From Saprolegnia diclina VS20 (Eukaryota), in contig NW_008246077.1 in the NCBI RefSeq assembly GCF_000281045.1, positions 447,129 to 511,128 of the forward strand: a stretch of DNA of 64,000 bases. The letters run 5' to 3'. This document shows, in pieces, positions 53,365 through 64,000 of this stretch. Both the position numbers and the translations under genes were made by a program. Each line of letters starts with the position of its first letter. The first letter of the stretch is position 1. Under the pieces are notes generated by a model. That model searched no databases. It saw only the letters and a list, made by a program, of their open reading frames with translations, and was not told where the DNA came from.

Positions 53365-55575
53365 ATGGACGACGCCAACGAAGCCGCGACGATCGCCGAG
53401 GCCGAGATGCTGCGCACGCAAAGTACCTTCCAGCACGGCGACGCGGTTGCTATGGAGCCCACCTATGGTGACGCGCAACTCGCCGAGAGCTCGAGCGAAG
53501 GCGAGGACGACGACGAGAGCAACAACCAGCTGTACATGAGTCTCGGTGCGCAGTATGGCAAGGAGTTCAAGCTCGCGCGGCAGCAGAAGGAGCGCGCGTC
53601 CATGAATGCGATTCTGAACCGGCACAAGATGAACCACTCGTTCGGCGCAGGCGACGACCACAGTCAGGGCGTCTCGCTCGGGCCCGAGCGCCACTCGATG
53701 GGCCACGAGATGGGCGACTACGCGCGCATGGATCGCGTGAGCAACTACAGCGCCGTCTCGACTGTTCGACAGTCCATGTTCATGATGCCCGTCATGGAGT
53801 CGTTGCCGGAGCGCGACGGGTTGGACGATGTCCTGGAGGACTTTGAAGGCTGGATGCACAAGAAGGGTCAGCGCTTCAAGAGCTGGAAACTTCGGTACTT
53901 TCAGCTGTCGCAAAAGGAGATCAAGTACAGCACCGAGCCGGGCGGCAAGCACAAGGGCGGCGGCGTCGTTCTCGGCGTCGAGTACCTCACGAGCGTGGCC
54001 TTTGGGCTCACGATCCGGCTCGCCCCCAACCGCGCACTGGACGTCTACGCCGAGTCAACGGACGAGCTAAGAGCTTGGTTCAAGCGACTCTCTCGGGCTG
54101 GAAGCGCTCCAATGCCGCAGCCAAGCGGGCCAAACGTTCGTCTTCAAGCACAGTACTCCCGGGCGTCGTGGAATACGCCACACGACGCGCTTCCCGAGCC
54201 CATCCATGTGCCCATCGATCTGCCACACGTGCAGTACGAGCCTCCTTCTGCGCAGTTCACATCGGCGGAACGGCAGTATGAAGCCCCACAAGTGCAATAT
54301 GAGCCGCTTCAAGTGCAATATGATCCTCCACAAGTGCAACCTCAAGCCACGGACGCCTCTGGCAGCGAGGTGGAGCCGCAAGACGAAGAGAGCGCGCCGG
54401 CTCCCGTCGACGACGCGCCGTTGGACATCTTGTTCCAGAAGCAGTCCATTACCCTCGGCTCGATGCCGCCGGTGCCGTCCAACGTCTCGTCGACCTCGTC
54501 GGAAACGCGGCAGCGTCGCATGAGCACTGCAAGGTCGTCGGCGGTGCATCGCTTGTCGCAAGTGAGCAGTCACAGCGGTAGCATCCATCTCGGTGGCAAC
54601 GACGCCGACGAGGTTGTGGAAGGCTGGCTCTTCAAGCAAGGTCGCATCGTGAAAAGCTGGAAGCAGCGGTACTTTCGACTCCTCGACCACACGCTCAGCT
54701 ACCGCGAAGCGCCGGGTTCGACGCACCTCCTCGGCCACGGCTGCGTGGTCGGCGTCGAGCGAAGCAACACGACGCACACGTTTGGCCTCACCATCGCGCT
54801 CGATGGGAACCGGACGCTGCACGTATACGCCGAGACCGACTACGAGATGCGCAAGTGGCTTCGCGCGCTCACATCCCTCGTGCAAGCCATGCCACACACG
54901 ACCGGGGAGACGCTCTTCAAGCAGTCGAGAACCCACGGCGCGTTCCTTAAGAACTTTTCTGGCTGGATGTCGATTCCATCGGGCTTGTTCAACGCGTCTC
55001 TCAAGCGCTGCTTCTTTACGCTCCACGGTGCCGAGCTCACGCAGTCGGACGATGCGCCGGCCCTCGTGACGCGCACCGACACCATCCATCACGTCGTTCC
55101 GTGGCCGGGGAAACCCAATGGCCTCGAGTTCCACATGCGGAGCAACAAGGTCTGGAAGACGGTGTGTCCGTCGCAGTCGGCGGCCGCCGCGTGGCTTGCT
55201 GCCATCAGCGACAACCTCAAGCGACAAGACTTTACAGTCGAGCGCTTCCTCAAGCGCTGCGTTGTGAAGGAGCTGCCGACCATCATGTGCGGCTGGGCCA
55301 CGCAAATCAACAACACGCGCCGGGGCGTCCGGCAGTTTTACGTGCTCGACAACCTGCGTCTGAGCGTGGCCTGCGACGTGGATGCCATTGTGCAGCCGAT
55401 CGACGTCGTCACGCGCGTCGCGCCGTCGTCGGTCGACTGCGCGTTGGAAGTCCACTTTGTGTCCGAGCCCATGCTTGTGCTGCAGTGCGACTCGGTCGAC
55501 GGTCTCCGGAATTGGCACCTCGTGATCCGCACGTGCTTGAAGGAGCCCATCCGCCAGTCGTTCCGGTGTCCATAG
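53365..55575 (+). CDS. Protein with four PH domains
   Basis: FEGWMHKKGQRFKSWKLRYF, VEGWLFKQGRIVKSWKQRYF, FSGWMSI..KRCFFTL, MCGWATQ..RQFYVL, each followed by a C-terminal Trp helix; intronless. Confidence 0.88.
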   Translation: MDDANEAATIAEAEMLRTQSTFQHGDAVAMEPTYGDAQLAESSSEGEDDDESNNQLYMSLGAQYGKEFKLARQQKERASMNAILNRHKMNHSFGAGDDHSQGVSLGPERHSMGHEMGDYARMDRVSNYSAVSTVRQSMFMMPVMESLPERDGLDDVLEDFEGWMHKKGQRFKSWKLRYFQLSQKEIKYSTEPGGKHKGGGVVLGVEYLTSVAFGLTIRLAPNRALDVYAESTDELRAWFKRLSRAGSAPMPQPSGPNVRLQAQYSRASWNTPHDALPEPIHVPIDLPHVQYEPPSAQFTSAERQYEAPQVQYEPLQVQYDPPQVQPQATDASGSEVEPQDEESAPAPVDDAPLDILFQKQSITLGSMPPVPSNVSSTSSETRQRRMSTARSSAVHRLSQVSSHSGSIHLGGNDADEVVEGWLFKQGRIVKSWKQRYFRLLDHTLSYREAPGSTHLLGHGCVVGVERSNTTHTFGLTIALDGNRTLHVYAETDYEMRKWLRALTSLVQAMPHTTGETLFKQSRTHGAFLKNFSGWMSIPSGLFNASLKRCFFTLHGAELTQSDDAPALVTRTDTIHHVVPWPGKPNGLEFHMRSNKVWKTVCPSQSAAAAWLAAISDNLKRQDFTVERFLKRCVVKELPTIMCGWATQINNTRRGVRQFYVLDNLRLSVACDVDAIVQPIDVVTRVAPSSVDCALEVHFVSEPMLVLQCDSVDGLRNWHLVIRTCLKEPIRQSFRCP

Positions 55576-55765
55576 CTCTCCTGCCATTATAAACTGCTAA
55601 ACTATATACGAACCCTCTTCAAGTTGACGAGGGGAGCACCATTCCGTTGATGTGAAAGACCATCATTTTTTGATTCTTCACGTGGGATTGGTCCATAATC
55701 GGCCAATCAAAAGAAGGCATTCCACCTGGCATCACAATCCGGCTCATTTTGACATCGTCGCAGCG

Positions 55766-57515
55766 ATGGACGCTACGCTCCGGGACCCGGTGTTGGTTGG
55801 CCTCATCGTTGAGTACCAGCACGGCTGGTGGCACGACAGCGCTGTCTTCCGAAACGACCCGCTGCTGTTTGCATCGGACGACGACCTCGCGCAGCACGTC
55901 GCTGTCTTTGGCGAGCGCTTCGTGCCGTGGCTTGCGCGGCGTGGCCTCACAGGCGCCATAAATCTCATGAGCATCTACCCACCGCTCGTTCCGTGCATAG
56001 CTCTACACGCCGCGGCAACTGGCAACCATCCGCTGGGTGTCGCCGCCATCAACAATAGCAACGACATCTCAAGCTGGGTGTCGCTTATGAGCGATACCGC
56101 AGGACACTTTGGCCACTGCAACCTCTTTGCTTCCAACGGCATTCCCGTCTCGATAAAAGGCGCGCTGACGAGTGGCAATGTGGCGCTCGTGCGACAGCTC
56201 CACGACGAGCGTGGGCCCGCCGTCTTCAAACGGTACATCGAGGACGCGATTCGTGCCGGGCACCTCGCAGTCGTTCGATTCCTCCACGAAGAGGCGTCAG
56301 TGACGTGGCCTTTCGACGCGCTGGGCATTGCGGTGCAAAGTGGGCATCAAGATATTGCGGCGTACCTTCAAGAGCGCGGTCACCAAACCGACATTTTTAG
56401 TCGTCTGGAGACAGACAGTCTCCTCGAAGAGGTCACAAATCTACACGCGCAGCATCCGACCACGAGCCTCGAGCACTCGCTGGAAGAAGCCGCGTCGGAG
56501 GGCCTTCGCGACGTGATCAAATTCATCCTGGCGACGGGGACGCCGAGCACACCTGCCGCGCTCCAAGCGGCCGCCAAGCAGGGTCATCTCGAGTGCTTTC
56601 AAGTGCTGCTCGCACAACGACCGCAAGAGCAGTCTGACACGTATGCTCCCCGTCTCGGTCATGGTCGCGGCCGTCGCAGGCGGAAATGACGCAGTCATTT
56701 CGCTGCTGCATTTCCGTCAAATGTGGTCCACAGACTACATGGACGCCTGTGCGAGCGTCGGCCGACTGGACCTCGTGCGAAAGCTTCACAACGCGGGGCA
56801 CTTTGGTTGCTCGAAAGCTGCGATGGACTGCGCAGCCGCCAACGGCCACTTGGACGTTGTGACGTTTCTGCACGAACACCGCGGCGAAGGCTGCTCAGTG
56901 AGCGCCATCGACAAAGCTGCGGGCAACAACCATTTGGCCGTCGTCAAGTACCTGCATGCCACGGTCGGCATCCAAGCCTCTCGCTATGCGATCGCGTGGG
57001 CAGCCATGGGCGGTCACGACCATATTGTGCGCTACCTGTATGAAGCGATGAAGGCCCCCGTGCTCGACGACGTACCCGAGCGTGCGGCCCGAGGCGGTCA
57101 CTTGCCCGTCGTGCGCTACCTCCACGAGCAAGGCCTTGGTGAATGGACGCCGCGCGTGATGGATCTGGCGGTCAAGTCGGGGAATATTGCGCTCGTCGCG
57201 TTTCTGCATGCGCATCGGGCCGACGGCTGCACGCCCGCAGCCTTGGACGCAGCGGTCGTCCATGGGGATGTGGCAATGGTGCGGTTGCTGCACGACGTGG
57301 TCGGTGCCAATGCAGCACTATGTTCGCCAATGGCGATGCGACAAGGTACTGCCGACGTGCTTCTCTACTTGGCCAGTCTCGGAGTTGACGTGGTACGCAC
57401 GCTACGAGCCAGCGCCCCGCGATTTGTCGCGCTCATCGAGTACTTGGAGTACACGCAAGCGCGACCACCGAAGGCCAAGAAACAGCGCACCGAGGGTCGA
57501 ATGCAATCAATGTAA
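55766..57515 (+). pseudogene. Ankyrin-repeat gene of the expanded oomycete type, interrupted by a frameshift at ~56640
   Basis: MDATLRDPVLVGLIVEYQHG start; repeats such as AMDCAAANGHLDVVTFLHEHRGEGC; ORF 55652-56689 continues in the +1 frame as 56643-57515; may be an assembly error. Confidence 0.65.
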
Positions 57516-57850
57516 AAACACATGACAATATTGTCTGGTAGAACCACTGATTGTCGGAAGAAACCAAGAATACACAAATATCTGTCTTGCCTTGTATACA
57601 CTCTTTGTCCAACTTGTTATGTATCTTGTTGGAGCGACTAATGCATTCCCACGCGAGCCCCATCGAGATGGCTGCCAGGTCGAGGGGTTAGGTTAATACG
57701 CGTACTAGCACTGTACATTTTTTGATATCTTCACAGGGTCTGCCATGATGCCCCAACTACGAGTAACGAGCAAGACGATATCTTCGTTCATAGCTATTGT
57801 TCTATGCTGCTCATATAGGGTTCTCGATGGAAGGGTGTAGGAAGCTATTG

Positions 57851-59562
57851 TCACTTGGATTTCGCGAGCGCGCGGACTGCGTCGAGACCGATCCGGATCG
57901 TTTCCTTTTCCGAGACGTCCTTGTCTTGCCAAATGCCGAGCGAGAGGCGGCTCACGATCTCAAGGACTTCGACGAGGACAAACCACTGCGTGTCGGCGTT
58001 GTTGCAGTCCTTCATGCCGGTAAAGCACTGCAGTAGCGCCTATGAAGAAGTTGTGCGTCAAGTATGACTCTGACTGTCGCGCACGGTGTTGAAGAGCGCT
58101 TCGTGCTCGTCGCTGTCGCCCGTGCAAAAGATACCGCTGTCTTGGATCAGTGACCTAGCCAAGCTCCGTGTTATAGCACGTCGACGCTGAACGCTTGCAC
58201 CGCAGGTCGTTTGCGTTCAGATACGTGCCAGGAATCTTGTCGCTACGTGTCATCATTACTGCGGGACCCCACAACCATCCAAGTACCTCGTGGCGGTCGC
58301 GTACTTTTCGTAGACCTTGAGCACCTTGGGTCGGGCGTCTTGAAAGAGCGCCAGGATGCTCTAGCCATTGCATCAGTCGACATGTATGTTGGTCGTCGCT
58401 CGTCGTACATCGGTGTGCACTGTATCGCGAAACGGACCCGTTGTCAAGCGCAGGACGGCTGGTTTGACGTGGTCCTTGAGACTCTTCTCGAGGGCCGGTA
58501 CGAACGGGGTGTCGTCACCGTACATCTTGTTGTAGGCAAGGATCACGCGCAGCAGTGCTTGGATGAACCCGACGCGGGGCAACGACGGCGTCTCGAGCCC
58601 AAGGCCCGTCACAACGGTGTGGAAGATCTTGTCGATGACGTTGTGGTCCGTCTGGAAGTGCAACATGGTCGACTCGTGCACGAAATGGAGAAATTCGAGG
58701 AGGCTCATGCTACGCAGTAGAGCCAAATGGTGGTGCGATCCAAATGCGATGGAGGTGTGTACCTGTACATGTCGTCGCCAAACCCGATGCTATAGTGCTT
58801 GTAGATCATATTGACGGCGTCGTAGTACTTGAGCAGCGTCTCTTCGACGTCGTCCTAGCGGCAGGTTACCATCGGCAGCAAGGCGTCTGAACGTACGCGG
58901 TCCTTGGCTTCCTTGACAAACTCGTCGAGCTGCAAGAAGGGCAGGTCGTGGTAGAACGCAGCCTCGATTTCCTCTTGCGAGACAAACTGCCCCGACCGGA
59001 CGTGAGTGGCTTGGTGCGCTTTGGCGTAGCCATTGATTGCGTCGGGCGCGTCGCGCGGAATACGTCCTTTGCCAGCGATCCCGTCGATGTCACCGGCGTC
59101 TGGCTCCACCTCCGACTGCTGGTTGCTCGTGTTGGAGAACGCCGAGGCGGCCCACTCGGTCATGACCGGGATGCCAATCTCGTCAACGGGGACCTCGTGC
59201 TACATCGCATGATGTGGCCTGAGCACTCAAGGTCAAGTCGCATAATGGTACCTGAAGCACGACAGCGATGACTTCGTTCTCGCGGCAGCAGTCCGAGATG
59301 CGCGACCATGGGCTCAGTATCACGCCCTCCGACTAGCAGCCATGAGTCCAGGCCAAAGCGCGTCGCGTCCTACATTTTTGACTTCGCGCGGAAGGTAAAA
59401 GCCATGCTTGGCATGCGCGTCTTCGCGGGTGCGGCAGCGGCCGTGCGGTAGCATGAGTGCGTAGCGCTGGGCGGCTACGAGGCCGAGCCACTTGATGCAC
59501 TGGTGGCCTTCGCCGCAGGCCACCGTGAACGTAAGCCCGTTCACCGCCAGTGTGAGTTGCAT
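57851..59562 (-). CDS. Hypothetical multi-exon protein with N-terminal Par3/HAL-N-like (ubiquitin-fold) segment and EF-hand-like helical repeats
   Basis: MQLTLAVNGLTFTVACGEGHQCIKWLGLVAAQRY; later exons IYKHYS..MSLLEFLHFVHES..IDKIF, LPRVGFIQALLRV, VLKVYEKYA, EVLEIVSRL; ends RALAKSK* at 57851. Confidence 0.65.
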
Positions 59563-59660
59563 CTTTTGAAATGAAACTCTTGGGCCGTTTGGATCGGGTC
59601 GCGTGTGATTGGCCAAAATGCAACAGCCAATCGTCACGTCGTATGGCATCATTTTCAAAG
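59563..59660. promoter_or_regulatory. Compact bidirectional promoter between divergent genes
   Basis: 98 bp between ATGs; ATTGG at 59608 and CCAAT at 59627; TCATTTCAAAAG-ATG on minus and TCATTTTCAAAG-ATG on plus. Confidence 0.75.
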
Positions 59661-62600
59661 ATGCGAGCAGCGCTCTTCCTCCCGAGCGCCAATTGGTACT
59701 GCTCCCAGGTAGACGATGGCGACGACGCGATGCATGGACCCGAGGTAGACGCTCCTCTTGACGTAGCTCTGTGCATGGGGCGTCCCCCGCGATGGGTCCG
59801 GAAGCGTCTACTTTGCCTACGGCTGCAAGTCCCATGTCGCGATCTACGAGGTACACGACGATGCTGGCGACGTGCTCGCATGCTCATGCCCATGTAGATG
59901 CTCCTGACGGATGAGGTACTGATAGCAGCCACTATGCACAAGCAGGAAGAAGCGCTCGTTGTAGAACACCCTTGGTGAGCCCCGGTTCTACGCAGACGTG
60001 CCCCGCGGGAAGCACGACAAGCGGGTGACGTCGGTCGTCTTCCTCCATGGCGCCGACGAAGAGCTCCTCTTGGCATGCGCGGGAGAAGAAGGCTCGATCC
60101 AACTTTGGTATCCATCGATGGTGCAAAGCGCGTGGGATGGAAAAGGACCATGTAGGGACGTTGCCAAGCGGGAGATGGTCGACCGCCAGCGAAAGCACAA
60201 GACCGAGATCATGGCCATCGCAAGCGCCGAGGATCACACGATCGTTGCAGGCGACCGCAACGGCGTCTTGAGTGTTTGGCGTCGCGACACGTACACCCTG
60301 CATAATCTGGCAGGCTGCGACCTCATGGACGGTTTACAGAGGCATCTCGACGCTGGCCACGCCGATCGCTGGGGACTGCATCTACTGCCTGCACGTCGCC
60401 GGTGGAATGGTACTAGTCGACTTCTGATTTGATATCTCACGTGTACGGAGTAGGTGGCTATTGGCTATCGGAGTGGCAAAGTGATCCTCTGGGATGTGCA
60501 CCAAGGCGCCATCACGACGCGCCTCAAAGGTCTTCGAAATGCCATGCTGGTCGTCCTATTACGTGTGTATTAGGCCATGACGAGGAAGTCCACGCGGTCT
60601 CGTGGTTTACAGCGGCCAATGACAAGCTCTTGCTCGCAACGTCGTCGCGCGACAAGAAGCTGTGCGTCTATGACGGCGACAATCTCATCATGGAGAGTCA
60701 ACTGCCCAAGCCAAAGAAAGCTATGAGTGCGCACCAGCTCGGACGTCTCTGGTTCACGCACGCGTGGATGCCTTGTGCGGATGCCGATGCAGTGCGTCTC
60801 GTGACGAGCTCGTACAACGGCGAGCTCTACAGTTGGGAGTGGTATGCCTACACGACGTGCTACCATCATTTGCCTCTGACGGCTTCTAGGTCTCTCTCAA
60901 AGAAGCGCCCAAAGCTCAGCGTGGCCCCGACGATTGTCAAGCAAGGCCACACTCGACCTATTTTCAACATTGCGGCGCTCTCGCTCAGCACTGCGAGCAC
61001 GTACGTCGTCACGGTTTCGATGGACCGCGACGTGCGAGTGCTCCATGCGCCATCGATGACATCGCACAGCAAGCTCGCAGGTCTCGGTGGCCATGTCTAT
61101 ACGCTTCAGTTCAACGCCAGCGGTGTCTTGGCCGCGGGCATTGGCGACAACACGATTCGCTTGGTCCGCGATGTGCATTCGCCGCAAACGACGTGCGACC
61201 TTGTATGGAAAGGCCTCCAGAGCAAGGTCACGGCGTTGGCGTGGCATCCCATGAGCCCCACAATGCTTGCGTATGGCTGTGAAGACGGCGCTGTTGGCTA
61301 CTATGACACTGCCTCGCACCAGCACATCCGTTTCAAGGCATACCAAAAGGGCATGATTCACCAGGTGGCTTGGCGCGCTCCGCCGACGACAGACGGCGCA
61401 CCGGTACGTTGCATATTTGCAGTGCAGATATTCACGTCCAACAGGTGCAAGATTGGCTGGCAGCGCTCGATGCGGTCGAACACGGCGAGCGTGACGTGAT
61501 GGAGACAACGGTCGCGAGCCATTCGAGCTCGGCACTTCAGCTTTGGATTTGCGCTGGCGACGGGACGCTCACAGTCGCCAATCCTGAGACGCCCGATGCG
61601 CCGATGAAGGCTGTGAACAAGCGCTGGGGCGTTCACAACGTTACGAGCTTTGCGTGGCAGCCAAACGCGGTCACTTGCGCTGTTGGGACCAAGGACGGCA
61701 TCGTACATCTCGTCGTTGACGATGACAAAGCGCATCAGTACATGGACCACACCAAAGCCGTGTCGTGCGTTGATTGGCGCGGGTCTACGCTCGTGACGGC
61801 GTCCTACGATGGCTCGGTACGCAGCCAGAATACGAAGCCGCACTTGACAGTCTCTGTGGTTAGGTGTGTGTGTACGACTTTACGGGTGAGCGTCCCCAGG
61901 GGCCGGCGCGTGTCTTCAAAGGGCACGCGACGGGCGTCACGTGCATTGCATGGTCTCCGTCAGCAGAGTTCTTGGCGTCGGCGTCGATGGATGGCACCGT
62001 GCAAGTGTGGCCACAAGGCGACGACCGCGGCTTCAACTTTCGGGGACATACGGGTCGCGTCTTGACAGTCGCGTGGGTCGATGACAAGACACTTGTGAGT
62101 GCTGGCGAAGACCAGTCGATCCGCGCATGGGCGTACACTGACCAAGTACACGAGTTTTTTCATGCTATAGAGGCTGATCAAGTGCTATGGTCGTATCTGT
62201 AGACATGTACACTTCCGCCCAAGGGCAAAGAAGACCCGGCCCCTGCTCCTGCTTCCCTCGTAACAAGCAAAAAGTCGGTCCCCAAGCAACCCAAGGCACC
62301 GGCCGCCGTGACCGGTTTGCTGCCGAAAGCCGTCATCGACGTCGAAAGTGTTGCGAAAATGCTCGATCCGCCCTCAAGCGTCGCCATGATCGACGATGCC
62401 CACGCGCAGTACATGGCGGTGTGTCATTCAAATCGAAGAGTTGGATGTATCTCACACAACGTGCTGCGTAGACTGGCGACTGGGAACGCGCGGCGAGACT
62501 GCTAGTGCTTCACGGACACATTGGCGATGCACTCCGCCTTGTTGCCAAAGAAGGTAGTCATCGACGTACATTATGATGATGGCGCAAGAGCTCACTTGCG

Positions 62601-64000
62601 TTTGCATCTAGGCAAGCTTAGCCCCGTCTGGCTCGCCTACGCGCCAATGGCCGGTAGCGACGTGTGGCGCGAATTTACGGGCTTGTACGCCAAGCAGCTT
62701 CGCGACGCTCGCGCATTTCAAGATGCAGGTACGCTCAGAAGAGCAATCTCTCGTTCAGCCTTCATCCATTTTGCTAGCGTTACACTACACCTCGGTTGGA
62801 GATGTCCACGCTGCGATCGAGTGTCTTTGTGATGGCCAGTTGTGGCGCGACGCCCTCGCCCTCGTGCACCTGCGCTGCTCGCCGTTTGATCCCGTGCGAA
62901 CCGCCACGTACGAAGCTTTGGCGAGCCATTTGCAGGCAACGTACGCAGTCGACAATGCAAATGCATGTATGTATCACACATCTATATGACAGACACTCGG
63001 CCGAAGAAGCGGGGCAGGTGTACGTGCATTTGAACCAGCCGGACCAAGCTCTCGCTTGCTTTCTCAAGGCCGCGTCGCCATCGTCGTTTGATGCCGCTGC
63101 GCGTCTCCCGCTGTCCAACTCATTGGCCCTCGACTTGGCCAACCGGGCGATGGTGCTTGGGTTCGACTCGGCCGTAGCGATCCTTTTGGCGGCGCTGCCG
63201 CCCGAGTCGGACCCCACCGCGCATCTTTTTTTGGCCTTCTATCTGCGCTCAAAGTTGCCGCCATCGAGTGTGGTACCTTGCTGAAATTTCAACAATATGG
63301 ATGCCCAGAACTTGTGGTCTAGATGGTGTCGAACCAAGTGTTGGCCCACAGTCTCTTGGCCCATCGACCCGAAGGCTTGCCACCGTTGTTGACAGAGCAC
63401 TTGACTGACGGCAGTTGGTTCTGGGCCGCGCTCGATGCGCCCGGTATCGCGTTGCGCTTGCGCGACGCTGATGAAGACGAAGTGCGCGAGTCGATCGAAA
63501 AGACGTTTGGCGTCTACTTGCAGGTGCGCTTGGTTCATTTCTGTGCGGTGTTTACACCCATGTTGTAGGCGGCGCCCATCCATGGCCGTCTGTTAACGCA
63601 TCTCGTGCGCATCGGCACGGATGTTGCGCAAGGCTGCCTTGTGAGTGCGTTCGAAACGTGGAGCACAACGTTGGCGTGGCTGCTTTCCACGACCGAGGTT
63701 CGCTTTGCATGTCCACGATCTCGTCCTGATTCGAAGGCATAGGGATCCGAGCTCCTCGGCGCTTTTTGCCTCGTCTTTCCTCGCGGTGTGCAGCGCTCGC
63801 CCATTGACGATGGCGAGCTCGGTACGGAGTCCAGCGCCGCCCAAGATCTCTGGGCGCTCTTCTTCTTGTATCAGTGCATCGCTCTCGCACGCGTCGTGCG
63901 GCTCGAGGCCAACACGGACCCGCTGGCCAGTCAAGAAGCGCTACTATTTCTCATCCAGTGGATCAATAACGAGCTGCCGGTCGAGCAACTCGAAGCCCTC
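59661..64000 (+). CDS. GEMIN5: Gemin5-like WD40 repeat protein (SMN complex snRNA-binding subunit), many introns, partial at window end
   Basis: N-terminal LPSANWYC (cf. LPPSPNWYC), GRLW, GLGGHVYTL..LAAGIGDNTIRL, WKGLQSKVTALAWHP..LAYGCEDGAVGYYD, NFRGHTGRVL.V.W, followed by a helical TPR-like region. Confidence 0.82.

Noticed and set aside
1..64000. tRNA/rRNA genes, U12-type introns and prokaryotic operons or defence systems
   Set aside because: None recognised by eye; introns I reconstructed were GT-AG without the RTATCCTT donor. tRNAscan and Infernal searches would be needed to exclude small RNAs

Overview
This is gene-dense eukaryotic genomic DNA, not prokaryotic. It is GC-rich, with many short (~40-60 nt) GT-AG introns, CCAAT boxes and TCATTT-type initiator motifs. 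Gene content and style point to an oomycete, most likely Saprolegniales (inference). About 28 protein-coding loci can be reconstructed by hand-splicing the fragmented ORFs. Housekeeping genes include U2AF1, SPT6, PEX2, SIL1, endonuclease V, DNAJC7, arginyl-tRNA synthetase, Tat-SF1, an IFRD protein, an OXR1-like LysM-TLDc protein and a Gemin5-like WD40 protein. Notable items: (1) a pogo/Tigger-derived CENP-B-like gene whose third catalytic Asp is replaced by His, a probable domesticated transposase; (2) a ~1,800-aa secreted protein with 13 tandem FN3-like modules and an EGF-like tail; (3) an ArgRS with an N-terminal GST-like domain; (4) unusual domain combinations (FYVE+DUSP; IQ-WW-Zn finger-MORN; twin TOG with an array of CDK sites; coiled coil plus CHORD/Btk-like Zn motif); (5) a 98-bp mirror-symmetric bidirectional promoter; (6) a perfect 33-bp intergenic palindrome; (7) a frameshifted ankyrin gene. 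I saw no rRNA, tRNA, CRISPR array or intact mobile element. Exon boundaries and domain calls come from reading the sequence and recalling motifs, not from database searches.
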